Shown: positions 51,888 to 60,858, numbered from the stretch's first letter. The stretch is 64,000 nucleotides of DNA from Clostridium sp. (GCF_021372645.1 NZ_JAJFUC010000089.1:2714-66713), one strand, 5' to 3'. Notes: generated by a model not told the origin, from the sequence alone. Translations and numbers: made by a program.

Positions 51888-51947
51888 ACGTTCATAACAA
51901 TATGTTCAGATAAAAAAATGATAATTTATTTGAAAATAAAAAATAAA

Positions 51948-51984
51948 CTATCTAAAATAGAAATATAATTCCTATTTTAGATAG
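51948..51984 (-). terminator. Probable terminator after the small choline-binding protein gene
   Basis: 13-bp inverted repeat CTATCTAAAATAG / CTATTTTAGATAG. Confidence 0.7.
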
Positions 51985-52091
51985 CCATAAATGCCAAGTT
52001 CTAAATTGCACTTATACTTTTATGAATATATATACTAAAAATGCATAACCTTGATTTCTATAGATTACATAAATAAGTGCTATTTTTAAAT

Positions 52092-52577
52092 TTAACCCCT
52101 TGCCATAGCTCCATCTTGATTAAAGTAATACCAACTATATCCATCATAATAAGAGCTTGTTCTCATAGTTCCATCATTATTAAAATAGTACCAATTATAT
52201 CCATCGTAATACCAGCCTGTCCTCATAGTCCCATCATTATTAAAATAATAGTAATAACCATTTTCGTAGTACCAGCCTGTTGTCATAACTCCATCAGTGT
52301 TAAAGTGATACCAACTATATCCAATGTTGTACCAACCTGTTCTCATGTATCCATAGTCATTGTAGTAATACCAATTGTATCCATCACTATACCAACCTGG
52401 ACCTTGATATCCATAATCATATCCATATCCTTGGTCATATCCATAATCATATCCATATCCTTGGTCATATCCATAGTCATAAGCATTTGCTTTTACAGAA
52501 GAAGATGCTCCTACTGCAAATATACTTGCAGCCATCATAATAGATATTATTGATTTTTTTAAAAACTTACTTTTCAT
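52092..52577 (-). CDS. Small secreted choline-binding-repeat protein with no catalytic domain
   Basis: Signal peptide ending ANA, YDYGYDQGYG repeats, five 20-aa TGWY..G..WYYFN.DG.M repeats. Confidence 0.88.
   Translation of the reverse strand: MKSKFLKKSIISIMMAASIFAVGASSSVKANAYDYGYDQGYGYDYGYDQGYGYDYGYQGPGWYSDGYNWYYYNDYGYMRTGWYNIGYSWYHFNTDGVMTTGWYYENGYYYYFNNDGTMRTGWYYDGYNWYYFNNDGTMRTSSYYDGYSWYYFNQDGAMARG
52407..52475. repeat. Perfect 30-bp intragenic tandem repeat (2.3 copies) encoding YDYGYDQGYG
   Basis: ATATCCATAATCATATCCATATCCTTGGTC repeated with period 30. Confidence 0.9.
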
Positions 52578-52927
52578 TAATATAAATTCCCCTTTAATTA
52601 TTATTTTTGTATGGTTTAGCTACAACATTCCCCTAAAATGTTTAATTATATAGCTATAGTCCTAGATTTTCTCATTGAAACACTATATTTTAAATGAGAT
52701 CATCTATATAATAAAAGTTAAACTTTTATGCTTCAATTATATCATGATATTTTTTATTTTTATATACCCATTTCGCTCATATTTTTATCTATATGACATA
52801 TTTTTCATATTTAATTCCATAAAACTTACGCTATTTTATATTATGATTAAATTTTCATTTGTAAATAACATCTTGTGTGGGGAGAATTATATAAAAGGCT
52901 TTCATTATAAAATCATTATATATTAGT

Positions 52928-54409
52928 TTAACTTGCCTTTTTAATCTTAAGCTTTATAAGTACTTTATAAAATAATTCAAAAAACACTGCATCTTTAGTA
53001 ATTACAAGTATACCCAAATAAACTAATCCACATATTAAAACTTCTATTACACAGGCAATAAGTATATTGGGTATAACAAATTTTATTCCAAATGTTATTG
53101 GAATAAATATTAATGAATAATAAAAATATTTAATGTTCTCATATGCAAATAAATGTATATCTAGTTTTATTACCTTTTTAACCATTCTATATTCTAGTGC
53201 TATTACAATTAAGTTAGCTATAAGGGTAGTTGTTATAGCACTTATCATATTAAAATTTCCTGTGAGAGTTAATGTTACATTGAATATTAAATTAATTACT
53301 CCACCAATCAAAACTAATATGGCATCCTGTTTTTCTTTTCCATGAAGATATATCATTTGATTAGCTATTACACCTTCAACCCCAATGCTTAACATATATA
53401 TTGAAAATACTATCATTACTGGAACTGCTGCTAAGAAAGCTGGTCCTCCAAAAATATATATTGCTTCTTTAGAAAGGCATAAGAGACCTATAGATGCTGG
53501 AAACAATAATAAGAAATATATCTTTATTACCTTTTTCAATAATATCAAATATTCTTCTTCAGAATTATTTCCCAAATAATTAGAAAGTCTTGGCATAGTA
53601 ACTTGAATTATTGTTAAGAGTAACGTATTTACTATTAGCATTATTCTTTGAGCCATATAATAATATCCAACAGCTGTAGTCCCACCAATACTATCCTTTA
53701 ACATTATCTTATCAAGCTGAGTATATAAAACTCCTGTGTTAGAAAGAATTACAACATAAAGCATTGGCTTAACATGTCTAAGAAATTGTAAATTAGAAAA
53801 ATCAAACTTTAATTTCTTCTTTACATATATAAAACTTATTATATTATTTATAAAATTAAAGCCTATAACTAAATATAAATAAAATAGGAAGTCTTTTTTT
53901 TCTCTCACAAATAATAAAATCAGTGCAGAATATATTATTCTAATCACCATGGTTTTAATAGCAATAAAATCGTAATTTTCTAATGCTTCATTAACCCATT
54001 CCACATAAAAAAGATTGAACACCAAATTAAAGCCCATAATTATGCATGTATAAAAATATGGTTCATTCTTATAAAAGATAGCCACAAATATCATATATGC
54101 AGCTGATGCAACAATATTAGTAAGACTTGTAAAAAGAAATAAACTTGTGAAAGTTTGCCTAAGTTTAGTTTTATCATCACGAACTTTACTTATTTCTCTT
54201 AAACCATATTGATAAATTCCAAAACTTCCAAATATCAAAAAGTATGCAGTTAAGGAATCTCCATATCCCATGTATCCATATAATTCGTCTCCAAAAGATC
54301 TACTAACTAAAGGCATTACTAATATAGGTAAAATTATATTAAATAGATTGAGCATTGCTTTGAAAATTGCATTTTTTGAAATTGATTTAGCCATTTGTTT
54401 AGCCTCCAT
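52928..54409 (-). CDS. tacF: TacF-like MOP/Wzx teichoic acid flippase
   Basis: KSISKNA..K..LNLFNIILP, YG..GYGDS...F..FG.YQYGLREISKVRDD resemble pneumococcal TacF (recalled); many TM segments; lic context. Confidence 0.75.
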   Translation of the reverse strand: MEAKQMAKSISKNAIFKAMLNLFNIILPILVMPLVSRSFGDELYGYMGYGDSLTAYFLIFGSFGIYQYGLREISKVRDDKTKLRQTFTSLFLFTSLTNIVASAAYMIFVAIFYKNEPYFYTCIIMGFNLVFNLFYVEWVNEALENYDFIAIKTMVIRIIYSALILLFVREKKDFLFYLYLVIGFNFINNIISFIYVKKKLKFDFSNLQFLRHVKPMLYVVILSNTGVLYTQLDKIMLKDSIGGTTAVGYYYMAQRIMLIVNTLLLTIIQVTMPRLSNYLGNNSEEEYLILLKKVIKIYFLLLFPASIGLLCLSKEAIYIFGGPAFLAAVPVMIVFSIYMLSIGVEGVIANQMIYLHGKEKQDAILVLIGGVINLIFNVTLTLTGNFNMISAITTTLIANLIVIALEYRMVKKVIKLDIHLFAYENIKYFYYSLIFIPITFGIKFVIPNILIACVIEVLICGLVYLGILVITKDAVFFELFYKVLIKLKIKKAS

Positions 54410-54469
54410 AAATATAAGGATATTTTAAATTACCTATCCTCTTATCTTTTTTACTTTTTTACTTTTTCA

Positions 54470-54498
54470 ATTGTACATTCTACGCTATTTATTGTCAA
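54470..54498 (-). promoter_or_regulatory. SigA promoter of tacF
   Basis: TTGACA-N17-TACAAT. Confidence 0.75.
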
Positions 54499-54562
54499 TT
54501 TGCATTTTAATTTTGTATATTTTTATAAATTTACATAACTATGGTTAAAACAAATACATATA

Positions 54563-54609
54563 GAAATAAAGGTCATGCTTTTGTGTAAAAAATGCATGGC
54601 CTTTATTTC
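54563..54609 (-). terminator. Terminator after licC
   Basis: GAAATAAAGGTCATGC / GCATGGCCTTTATTTC inverted repeat with one mismatch. Confidence 0.8.
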
Positions 54610-54620
54610 AACAGGTATGT

Positions 54621-55316
54621 CTATAATTTAAGTGTTCTTTTTAGGTATTCTAAATCTTCAAGTGAGTCTATTTCAAATATGTCGTTTGACTCTATTTTTT
54701 TAATATATACATTCATATCTTTAAGATTATCTACAGCAATATTATCCCAATATAGATCCCTAAAATATCCTTTGTTTACTACTTCTTCAACCTTTTTTGC
54801 TATAAGTCTCCCATCTTTCTCTGTCCAAAAAGATGCTCCAGACATTATGTAGTTAGGTTTATCTCCTTCTTTTCCAATATCAACACCAAATATTTTTTGA
54901 TCATTATCATATTTTAAAATCCACTCGCCTACTAAGTTTTCCTTGCAAGCTGAATAATATAATGATGTATTTGGTTTAGTCTTTGGTAAAAAGTTTCTTG
55001 TAATATAATTATCTGCATCTATAACAAATGCATCTTCAAGATATTCTCTAACTAAATACATAGTATAGATATTATTATAAATATCATATTTGTCATTAAT
55101 TACTTTGATTAAATTATATTTTTTAACCAGGTCATCAAATTTTTCATGTAAATAACCTGTTAATACAATAATTTCATCAATTCCAACTTCTTTTAAATTC
55201 ATTATTTGTCTTTCAAGCAGAGACATTCCATTAACCTCTATTAAAGACTTTGGAATCGTTAAAGTTAAAGGTCTAAGTCTAGTACCCATGCCTGCTGCCA
55301 TTAAAATTGCTCTCAT
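54621..55316 (-). CDS. licC: CTP:phosphocholine cytidylyltransferase LicC
   Basis: ILMAAGMGTRLRPLT...PK, NDKY..YNN, VIDADNY, EW, SG.SFW, LYWDN, EIDS. Confidence 0.93.
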   Translation of the reverse strand: MRAILMAAGMGTRLRPLTLTIPKSLIEVNGMSLLERQIMNLKEVGIDEIIVLTGYLHEKFDDLVKKYNLIKVINDKYDIYNNIYTMYLVREYLEDAFVIDADNYITRNFLPKTKPNTSLYYSACKENLVGEWILKYDNDQKIFGVDIGKEGDKPNYIMSGASFWTEKDGRLIAKKVEEVVNKGYFRDLYWDNIAVDNLKDMNVYIKKIESNDIFEIDSLEDLEYLKRTLKL

Positions 55317-55331
55317 TTATTACCTTCTCCT

Positions 55332-57182
55332 CTAAAGCTTCTTTAAATATTCTTTAGCTCTATTATATCTATCTATTCCGTAAGTACCAAAATCATCGCC
55401 TTCTGCTTCTTTAATCAATGTCCAAACTGACCATAAGGTATCTTGGCATATTTGATGGATTAATAGCCTTCTTCTTGAATCTTTATCTGCTTCTTTTCCA
55501 TTAAAGTACAATCTAAACATTAGTTCAATATCATCTTCTGAAAATTCATTTTCTAAAGAAAGTGCTGCTAAATCCCACATATCATCATTGATTCCACTAT
55601 ATTCCCAATCAATTAAGTAAATTCTACCTTCTGTATCCTTAACTAAATTTTCAGAAACTAAATCATTATGTGATGGTACAAATACTCGTTTGCAAACTTT
55701 TAATTCTTCTTCAAGAGCCATTACTTTTTCTCTTACTTCATCATAGTCCTCAAAAAAGTCTCCTCTATTTTTTCTTAAAATATCCTCATATTTTTCAAGT
55801 TCTCTAAACATATTAAACTCATTATCCATATGGAAATCAGTTGACTCATGTAAGTTTCTTAAAATGCCAGTAACTTGTTTCAGGTTTTCTTCTTTTTTTA
55901 TACTTCTATGAGTTAAAGTTTCTGCATTTTCTATATATTTAGATATTTTAACTCCAGTTTCGAGACTAAAGTAAGGAACCTCTACATTATATCCTTTTTC
56001 TGAAGCAATTGCAGAATTAAACATCTCTGTATTTCTATTGATCATTTGCTCTGTACCAGTTCCTGCAACTCTTAAAATATATCTACTACCTTTAACACAT
56101 ATTCTGTAATTTTTATTTGTCATTCCACCTGCTGGCTCAACTTCTGTAATATCATCATCTTTGACTTTTAAGGACTCACGAATAATATTCTTTATATTAT
56201 TTATTTCATAACTAAGTTCTCTTCTTCTTATGGTTGGATAAAGATAATTTTTAATCTTTTCATATTCTTTATTACTATCTGCATCTCCCCAAGCAAGGTC
56301 ATCTATCTTAACAAATCCAATGTTATAATTTCTAGCTACATCTAACAGTACATACTCATAATTTAAATAAGGATTAACGTTTCCTTTAAATTCTTGAAGC
56401 ATCATTGTGTATAACTTATAAGAAATCTTAGTAAGTCCAATCATTTCTCCATCAATTCTATTAAATTGGTGAATATCCTTAGACATCTTAAATAGGTGGT
56501 TATCTCTTATTTCAACAAAAGCTTCATCTCCAGAACCACTTTCATTAGTGAAAAGTATACAATCACGATTTCCACTTTCCGCCAATTCCTTGATAGCCTT
56601 TCTTTCAAAAATCAAGTCATTTTCAACAAGTAAAAAGTCATCATCAATATAATCTTTAGCTAAAGATAAAGAATGCATAGTTCCAGTCCATTTATAAGTA
56701 TCATTCTTTACTAAAATTATATTTTGGCTATTTTTGAAACACTCTTCATAATACTGACTTTCATAACCTGTTATAATAACAATCTTAGTTATTCCATTTT
56801 CTTTTAAAATATTTAAAGTTCTATTAATTAACTTAAAATCTTCAATTTCAAGCATCCCTACCGGTTTTCCAAATTCTTCTGATTTGCCTGCTGCAAGTAT
56901 TACTGCTTGTTTTACTATCTTCTTTTCTTCTTCATGAAGTTTTAATCTAGTACTTTTTGCAGATGCAATATTTTCCTCTAAAAATTTCATTCCTTTTTCT
57001 GTTACCTTATATAAGGTTCCTCTATTATTAGTAATTCTATCTATGAATCCATCAATAGTAAACTCCTTCAAGACAGCATTAACCTTTCCAAGAGACATAT
57101 TTGTCTTTTTAGCTAATTCCCTTTGATTAATGTTAAAATTATCATTTAATGCTTTTAAAATTTCTAATTTATCCTCTAACAT
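55332..57182 (-). CDS. licA: Fusion: winged HTH + degenerate cytidylyltransferase-like domain + choline kinase LicA
   Basis: NQRELAKKTNMSLGKVN (wHTH); VILAAGKSEEFGKPV (altered NTase signature); GGMTNKNY, HNDLVSEN, LIDWEYSG (intact choline kinase motifs). Confidence 0.88.
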   Translation of the reverse strand: MLEDKLEILKALNDNFNINQRELAKKTNMSLGKVNAVLKEFTIDGFIDRITNNRGTLYKVTEKGMKFLEENIASAKSTRLKLHEEEKKIVKQAVILAAGKSEEFGKPVGMLEIEDFKLINRTLNILKENGITKIVIITGYESQYYEECFKNSQNIILVKNDTYKWTGTMHSLSLAKDYIDDDFLLVENDLIFERKAIKELAESGNRDCILFTNESGSGDEAFVEIRDNHLFKMSKDIHQFNRIDGEMIGLTKISYKLYTMMLQEFKGNVNPYLNYEYVLLDVARNYNIGFVKIDDLAWGDADSNKEYEKIKNYLYPTIRRRELSYEINNIKNIIRESLKVKDDDITEVEPAGGMTNKNYRICVKGSRYILRVAGTGTEQMINRNTEMFNSAIASEKGYNVEVPYFSLETGVKISKYIENAETLTHRSIKKEENLKQVTGILRNLHESTDFHMDNEFNMFRELEKYEDILRKNRGDFFEDYDEVREKVMALEEELKVCKRVFVPSHNDLVSENLVKDTEGRIYLIDWEYSGINDDMWDLAALSLENEFSEDDIELMFRLYFNGKEADKDSRRRLLIHQICQDTLWSVWTLIKEAEGDDFGTYGIDRYNRAKEYLKKL

Positions 57183-57272
57183 AATAGCCCTCCATCATTT
57201 TTATTCACAATAACAAATTAACAATCCACAGTTTTTCAGATATAATTATTAATAAATTTCTACATATTCTAT

Positions 57273-57289
57273 TGTTCGGAATTTGAACT
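57273..57289. promoter_or_regulatory. Candidate operator TGTTCGGAATTTGAACT at the predicted transcription start of the wHTH-licA fusion
   Basis: Palindromic GTTC-N7-GAAC; 13/17 identical to the licB upstream site; 7 nt downstream of the -10 box. Confidence 0.62.
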
Positions 57290-57296
57290 ACAATTT

Positions 57297-57325
57297 ATTA
57301 TATTACCTAAAATTCTGGATGTCAA
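57297..57325 (-). promoter_or_regulatory. Perfect-consensus SigA promoter of the wHTH-licA / licC operon
   Basis: TTGACA (57320-57325)-N17-TATAAT (57297-57302). Confidence 0.88.
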
Positions 57326-57349
57326 TTGCATTTTCCAATTAATATACCT

Positions 57350-57565
57350 TTAGGATACCCTATGAGCAATTGAGGATGAGTCCCAAAGCAAAAGTTCTGT
57401 CAACCAAATACAAAAGGCTCACAAAAATAAAGTTCGAGAGCCCATAAAAGAAACCCAGCTCACAGACTTTCGCTGTGGAAGTTCAAGTATCCAATTATAA
57501 AATTGAGACTTTCACTTCAAATTTTGGTTCTCCCTTTTGGACTCTCACTTTTGGAGCATCACTTA
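57350..57565. repeat. GC-enriched, structured non-coding element (possible dispersed repeat, MITE or ncRNA)
   Basis: 77 of 200 bases are G+C in 57361-57560 (hand count), in otherwise very AT-rich intergenic DNA. Nested inverted repeats and a CACAGC-GAAA-G(T)CTGTG hairpin; boundaries approximate. Confidence 0.5.
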
Positions 57566-57620
57566 TTCTTAATATTTTTTTAATTTTATAGGAATTTGTT
57601 CCCTCATTGTAAATTATACT

Positions 57621-60602
57621 TTAATATATACTTCCATCTTGTGCAAAGTTATATACTTTATCGTCAACAAACATACTTTGATTTGTTACCAGTTCTCCTT
57701 CTGGAGTGAAATAGTACCATTTTCCATTTAAGTATAACCATGCTTTATGCATTACACCATTCAATCCCAAATAGTACCACTTATTATTTTGATTCATCCA
57801 ACCAGTCTTTAATTGCCCAGTAGTCGGGTCTAAATAATATGATTTACCTCCTACATCTTTTCTCCAACCGCTTGTTTTATATCCTTTTGAATTTAAGTAA
57901 TACCAATTACCTTTAGTATTTATCCATTGGTCTTTAACTTGTCTACCTTTATTGTTAAAGTAAATGTCTTTTCCGTTTACTTTACCCCATTCTTCATACT
58001 TGCTTGTATCTACCCAACAATCGTCAATATCATCATAAAATACATCATTTTCATTTGTATTATTATCATTATCTAACGGACTATCTGTTCTATAAATTTC
58101 AAAACTATAAGTTTTGCTATTACTTCCATCTTCTGATATTACTACTATCTCCATGTCAGTTTCTTGTGACCCATTAAGATCTACTGTTATTGGAGTACCA
58201 CTGAATTTTTCTCCATTTACAGTAACCTTAGATTTAGAATTTTCTGGAACTGGTGAAACCTTAAGTGTATTTATAGCTTGATCTACACGTATTTTATTTG
58301 GATCTGCTTCAGAATCAAAAGTAAAATCTCCATTATCTGTTATCACATCTTTTAACAGTGCACTAGCACTTCTTGTGTCATTGTTAACAGTAATATTATA
58401 TGTTTTACTAGTAATTCCATCTTGCGCTGTAATAACTATTTTAATATTAGTTTGCCCAGTACTATTTAAAGGAAAATCAAAACCCTCTCCCGAAGTTAAA
58501 CCATATTCATCTCCAGTTTCAACAATAGTTGCTGAAATATCCTTAACATTACTCTTTGTTGTTACAGTGATTTTTGATGATGTATCAGCCTTAGGAACTG
58601 TAACAGTATAATTAGCTTTATCACTTGAAAATCCACTAGTTCCATCAGTAGCTTTTATATTTCCATTGCCAGCTATTATATTACTTAATGAAGCATCACT
58701 AGAAGTTGCAACACTACCACTATCTGGTGTGCCTGCATTCTTTGCTATATAAAATGTGTATTTTTGACCTATAGGATATGGGGTTATGCTCTCTACTTCA
58801 GATGTAATAGTACCATCTGTATCCTTTTTATATACAATTTGATCATAATAAGCTTGCAGTAATATTTTTTTATAGTTAGTTATATCAATATTAGCTGTAG
58901 CATCTTTACCTAAATCAGTAATTTCTGTTACATTATCACTTTGTACACTAGTGCCACCCCAAGCTTTTATATATTCTCTTCTATTATTATCTATATCATA
59001 TGTCACTGGCTTATCCAGAGTAACTGATACATTATTACTTCCATCTTGCTTAAAATATAAATCATAGGTACGCCTATTGGGATCAAAGTCTATTCCATCA
59101 GATGTAGTTCTACCTGGTTGAGTTAAAATTGAATCAGGGAATAGAAAATTTACTATTGAATCACTACTACCGATCACATTAACCTTTAATTTATATATTG
59201 CTAAAGGCACTGCTCCTGTTGCATTTCCATCTTTACCTGGATATACCTCCAGCCATATTTCATTATTAGTACTTCCTTTAGCAAAGTTTACATATTGTTT
59301 CCCATTTATGAGCTTGGATCCTTCAATTCCTCCACCGCTATCATAGTGGTTTGTTATTTTGTATGCAGTCTCACTTGCTTGTCTTCCAATAATAGGCTGC
59401 ATGTTTATCATTCCAGCTCTCTTATCTAGTGTTATTGTTCCATTATAAGTTATTACATTATTATCATATGTTACATCAAATTTTTTATCAATATATGCTT
59501 CAACAGTACTATCTGCATCATAGTTTAACTTTGTTATTCCCGGATTTCTTAAAGTATAATCATTTGAAGATGATAAAGTCGTATATTTAAGTTGTATAGC
59601 ATACGTCTTAACAACATTTGTCTGATTATCACGTATCTTAGCTACAATCAAATCCGATGACCCTAAATTTGTTAAATAACCAGATATAGAGTTGTTTGAA
59701 GCATCTATTCCTATATTACTGGTATCATCAACTCCATTTTTTATCACTTTAGTATCACCTATATTTATGCCGTTAAATATCATTGTATATTTTAGTGTTT
59801 GAATTGCATCAGATACATTAAAATTATATCTAAGAGGACATATTGGATCAAATTCTTGTGATTTTGAAAATAAAAAAGGAACTTTGTTGTCTTTAGAATC
59901 TTTAGTTGCATTATAGACAGCAATAGTGTCACCAGCATAAGCATCAAAAACCATCGGACTTATTTTTCCTTGAACAAATCCATTTGCATGTTGAATAATT
60001 ATTTCCTGGGTAGTTGCAGAAGAAGGGAAATAATTTACTACTTCAGGTTGTAAATCATCTACTATTGTAGTCTTTCCAGTAGCATCAGTAACTGTCTTTC
60101 CTTTATTAAATATTGTTGTCTCCTTTATTTGATATTCAACCTTATTAACACCAAAAGGCAATGATGTTATTGTTGCACCAATTTTCTTATTACCACTATT
60201 ATCAGTATATAGTATATCACCATCACTGATTGAACATCCAATCTCAGCTAATTTTGCATTGTTAGCACTTAAATCTACTCCATCTAGTTTAATCCCATCA
60301 ATTGCTTTGATTATAACTTCTTGAGCCATTACCCCTGTTTGTCCAATACTTATATTATTAATATTATCTATTATTTTATCATCAACAGATAATGTAAAGT
60401 TTTCATATGGTTGTTGCGTTATATATTCTCCATTGGTAATAGTAACATTATCTCCAGTTAGTGTAGGTTTTCCACTTACTTGTATTTGTGTTGTAATGGC
60501 ATTAGCAGCTTGTCCGTTTAAGCCTAATTTTATTGGCAAAAATGATATTATACTTACAAATATTACAACTAATGCTACAAATCTTTTTCCCATTCTATTC
60601 AT
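57621..60602 (-). CDS. Large surface protein with cadherin-like beta-sandwich domains and C-terminal choline-binding repeats
   Basis: Signal peptide; SSDASLSNI...F......YTVTVP and ALLKDV...FTF cadherin-like modules; 5-6 W..YY repeats. Start placed at ATG 60602 with AGGAGG. Confidence 0.85.
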   Translation of the reverse strand: MNRMGKRFVALVVIFVSIISFLPIKLGLNGQAANAITTQIQVSGKPTLTGDNVTITNGEYITQQPYENFTLSVDDKIIDNINNISIGQTGVMAQEVIIKAIDGIKLDGVDLSANNAKLAEIGCSISDGDILYTDNSGNKKIGATITSLPFGVNKVEYQIKETTIFNKGKTVTDATGKTTIVDDLQPEVVNYFPSSATTQEIIIQHANGFVQGKISPMVFDAYAGDTIAVYNATKDSKDNKVPFLFSKSQEFDPICPLRYNFNVSDAIQTLKYTMIFNGINIGDTKVIKNGVDDTSNIGIDASNNSISGYLTNLGSSDLIVAKIRDNQTNVVKTYAIQLKYTTLSSSNDYTLRNPGITKLNYDADSTVEAYIDKKFDVTYDNNVITYNGTITLDKRAGMINMQPIIGRQASETAYKITNHYDSGGGIEGSKLINGKQYVNFAKGSTNNEIWLEVYPGKDGNATGAVPLAIYKLKVNVIGSSDSIVNFLFPDSILTQPGRTTSDGIDFDPNRRTYDLYFKQDGSNNVSVTLDKPVTYDIDNNRREYIKAWGGTSVQSDNVTEITDLGKDATANIDITNYKKILLQAYYDQIVYKKDTDGTITSEVESITPYPIGQKYTFYIAKNAGTPDSGSVATSSDASLSNIIAGNGNIKATDGTSGFSSDKANYTVTVPKADTSSKITVTTKSNVKDISATIVETGDEYGLTSGEGFDFPLNSTGQTNIKIVITAQDGITSKTYNITVNNDTRSASALLKDVITDNGDFTFDSEADPNKIRVDQAINTLKVSPVPENSKSKVTVNGEKFSGTPITVDLNGSQETDMEIVVISEDGSNSKTYSFEIYRTDSPLDNDNNTNENDVFYDDIDDCWVDTSKYEEWGKVNGKDIYFNNKGRQVKDQWINTKGNWYYLNSKGYKTSGWRKDVGGKSYYLDPTTGQLKTGWMNQNNKWYYLGLNGVMHKAWLYLNGKWYYFTPEGELVTNQSMFVDDKVYNFAQDGSIY

Positions 60603-60858
60603 TATTGTCACCCTCCTAAATTGCATGTTTAATTTTAAAACTTAACTGTAGTAATCGTTCGTTTCATTATATTTATTTTATCATATTAATGACTAATTTA
60701 AATATGACATATTATATATATCGAGCCATTTTATCTTATCTTTAGACGTTTAAACACATTCCATAAAGTTATTATATGTACTTCCAAATTTATATTTATT
60801 CATATGAAAGAAAAGAAAATACCTCCTTATTCTTAGCTTGGAATTTAAGTGCAAAAAA

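Noticed and set aside
52077-52553. 158-aa plus-strand ORF opposite the small choline-binding gene
   Set aside because: Antisense shadow of repetitive Tyr/Gly codons; its Ile/Val periodicity mirrors the real repeats.
52675-52926. 83-aa intergenic ORF between the small choline-binding gene and tacF
   Set aside because: Extremely AT-rich low-complexity translation, no SD, opposite to locus orientation; cannot be supported.
57273-57289. LexA (SOS) box reading of the GTTC/GAAC palindromes
   Set aside because: The Firmicute SOS box is GAAC-N4-GTTC; these sites have the opposite orientation and spacing (GTTC-N7-GAAC).
57455-57485. Group II intron domain V reading of the GAAA hairpin
   Set aside because: No AGC/CGC catalytic triad with the correct 34-nt DV geometry, no domain VI and no RT ORF.
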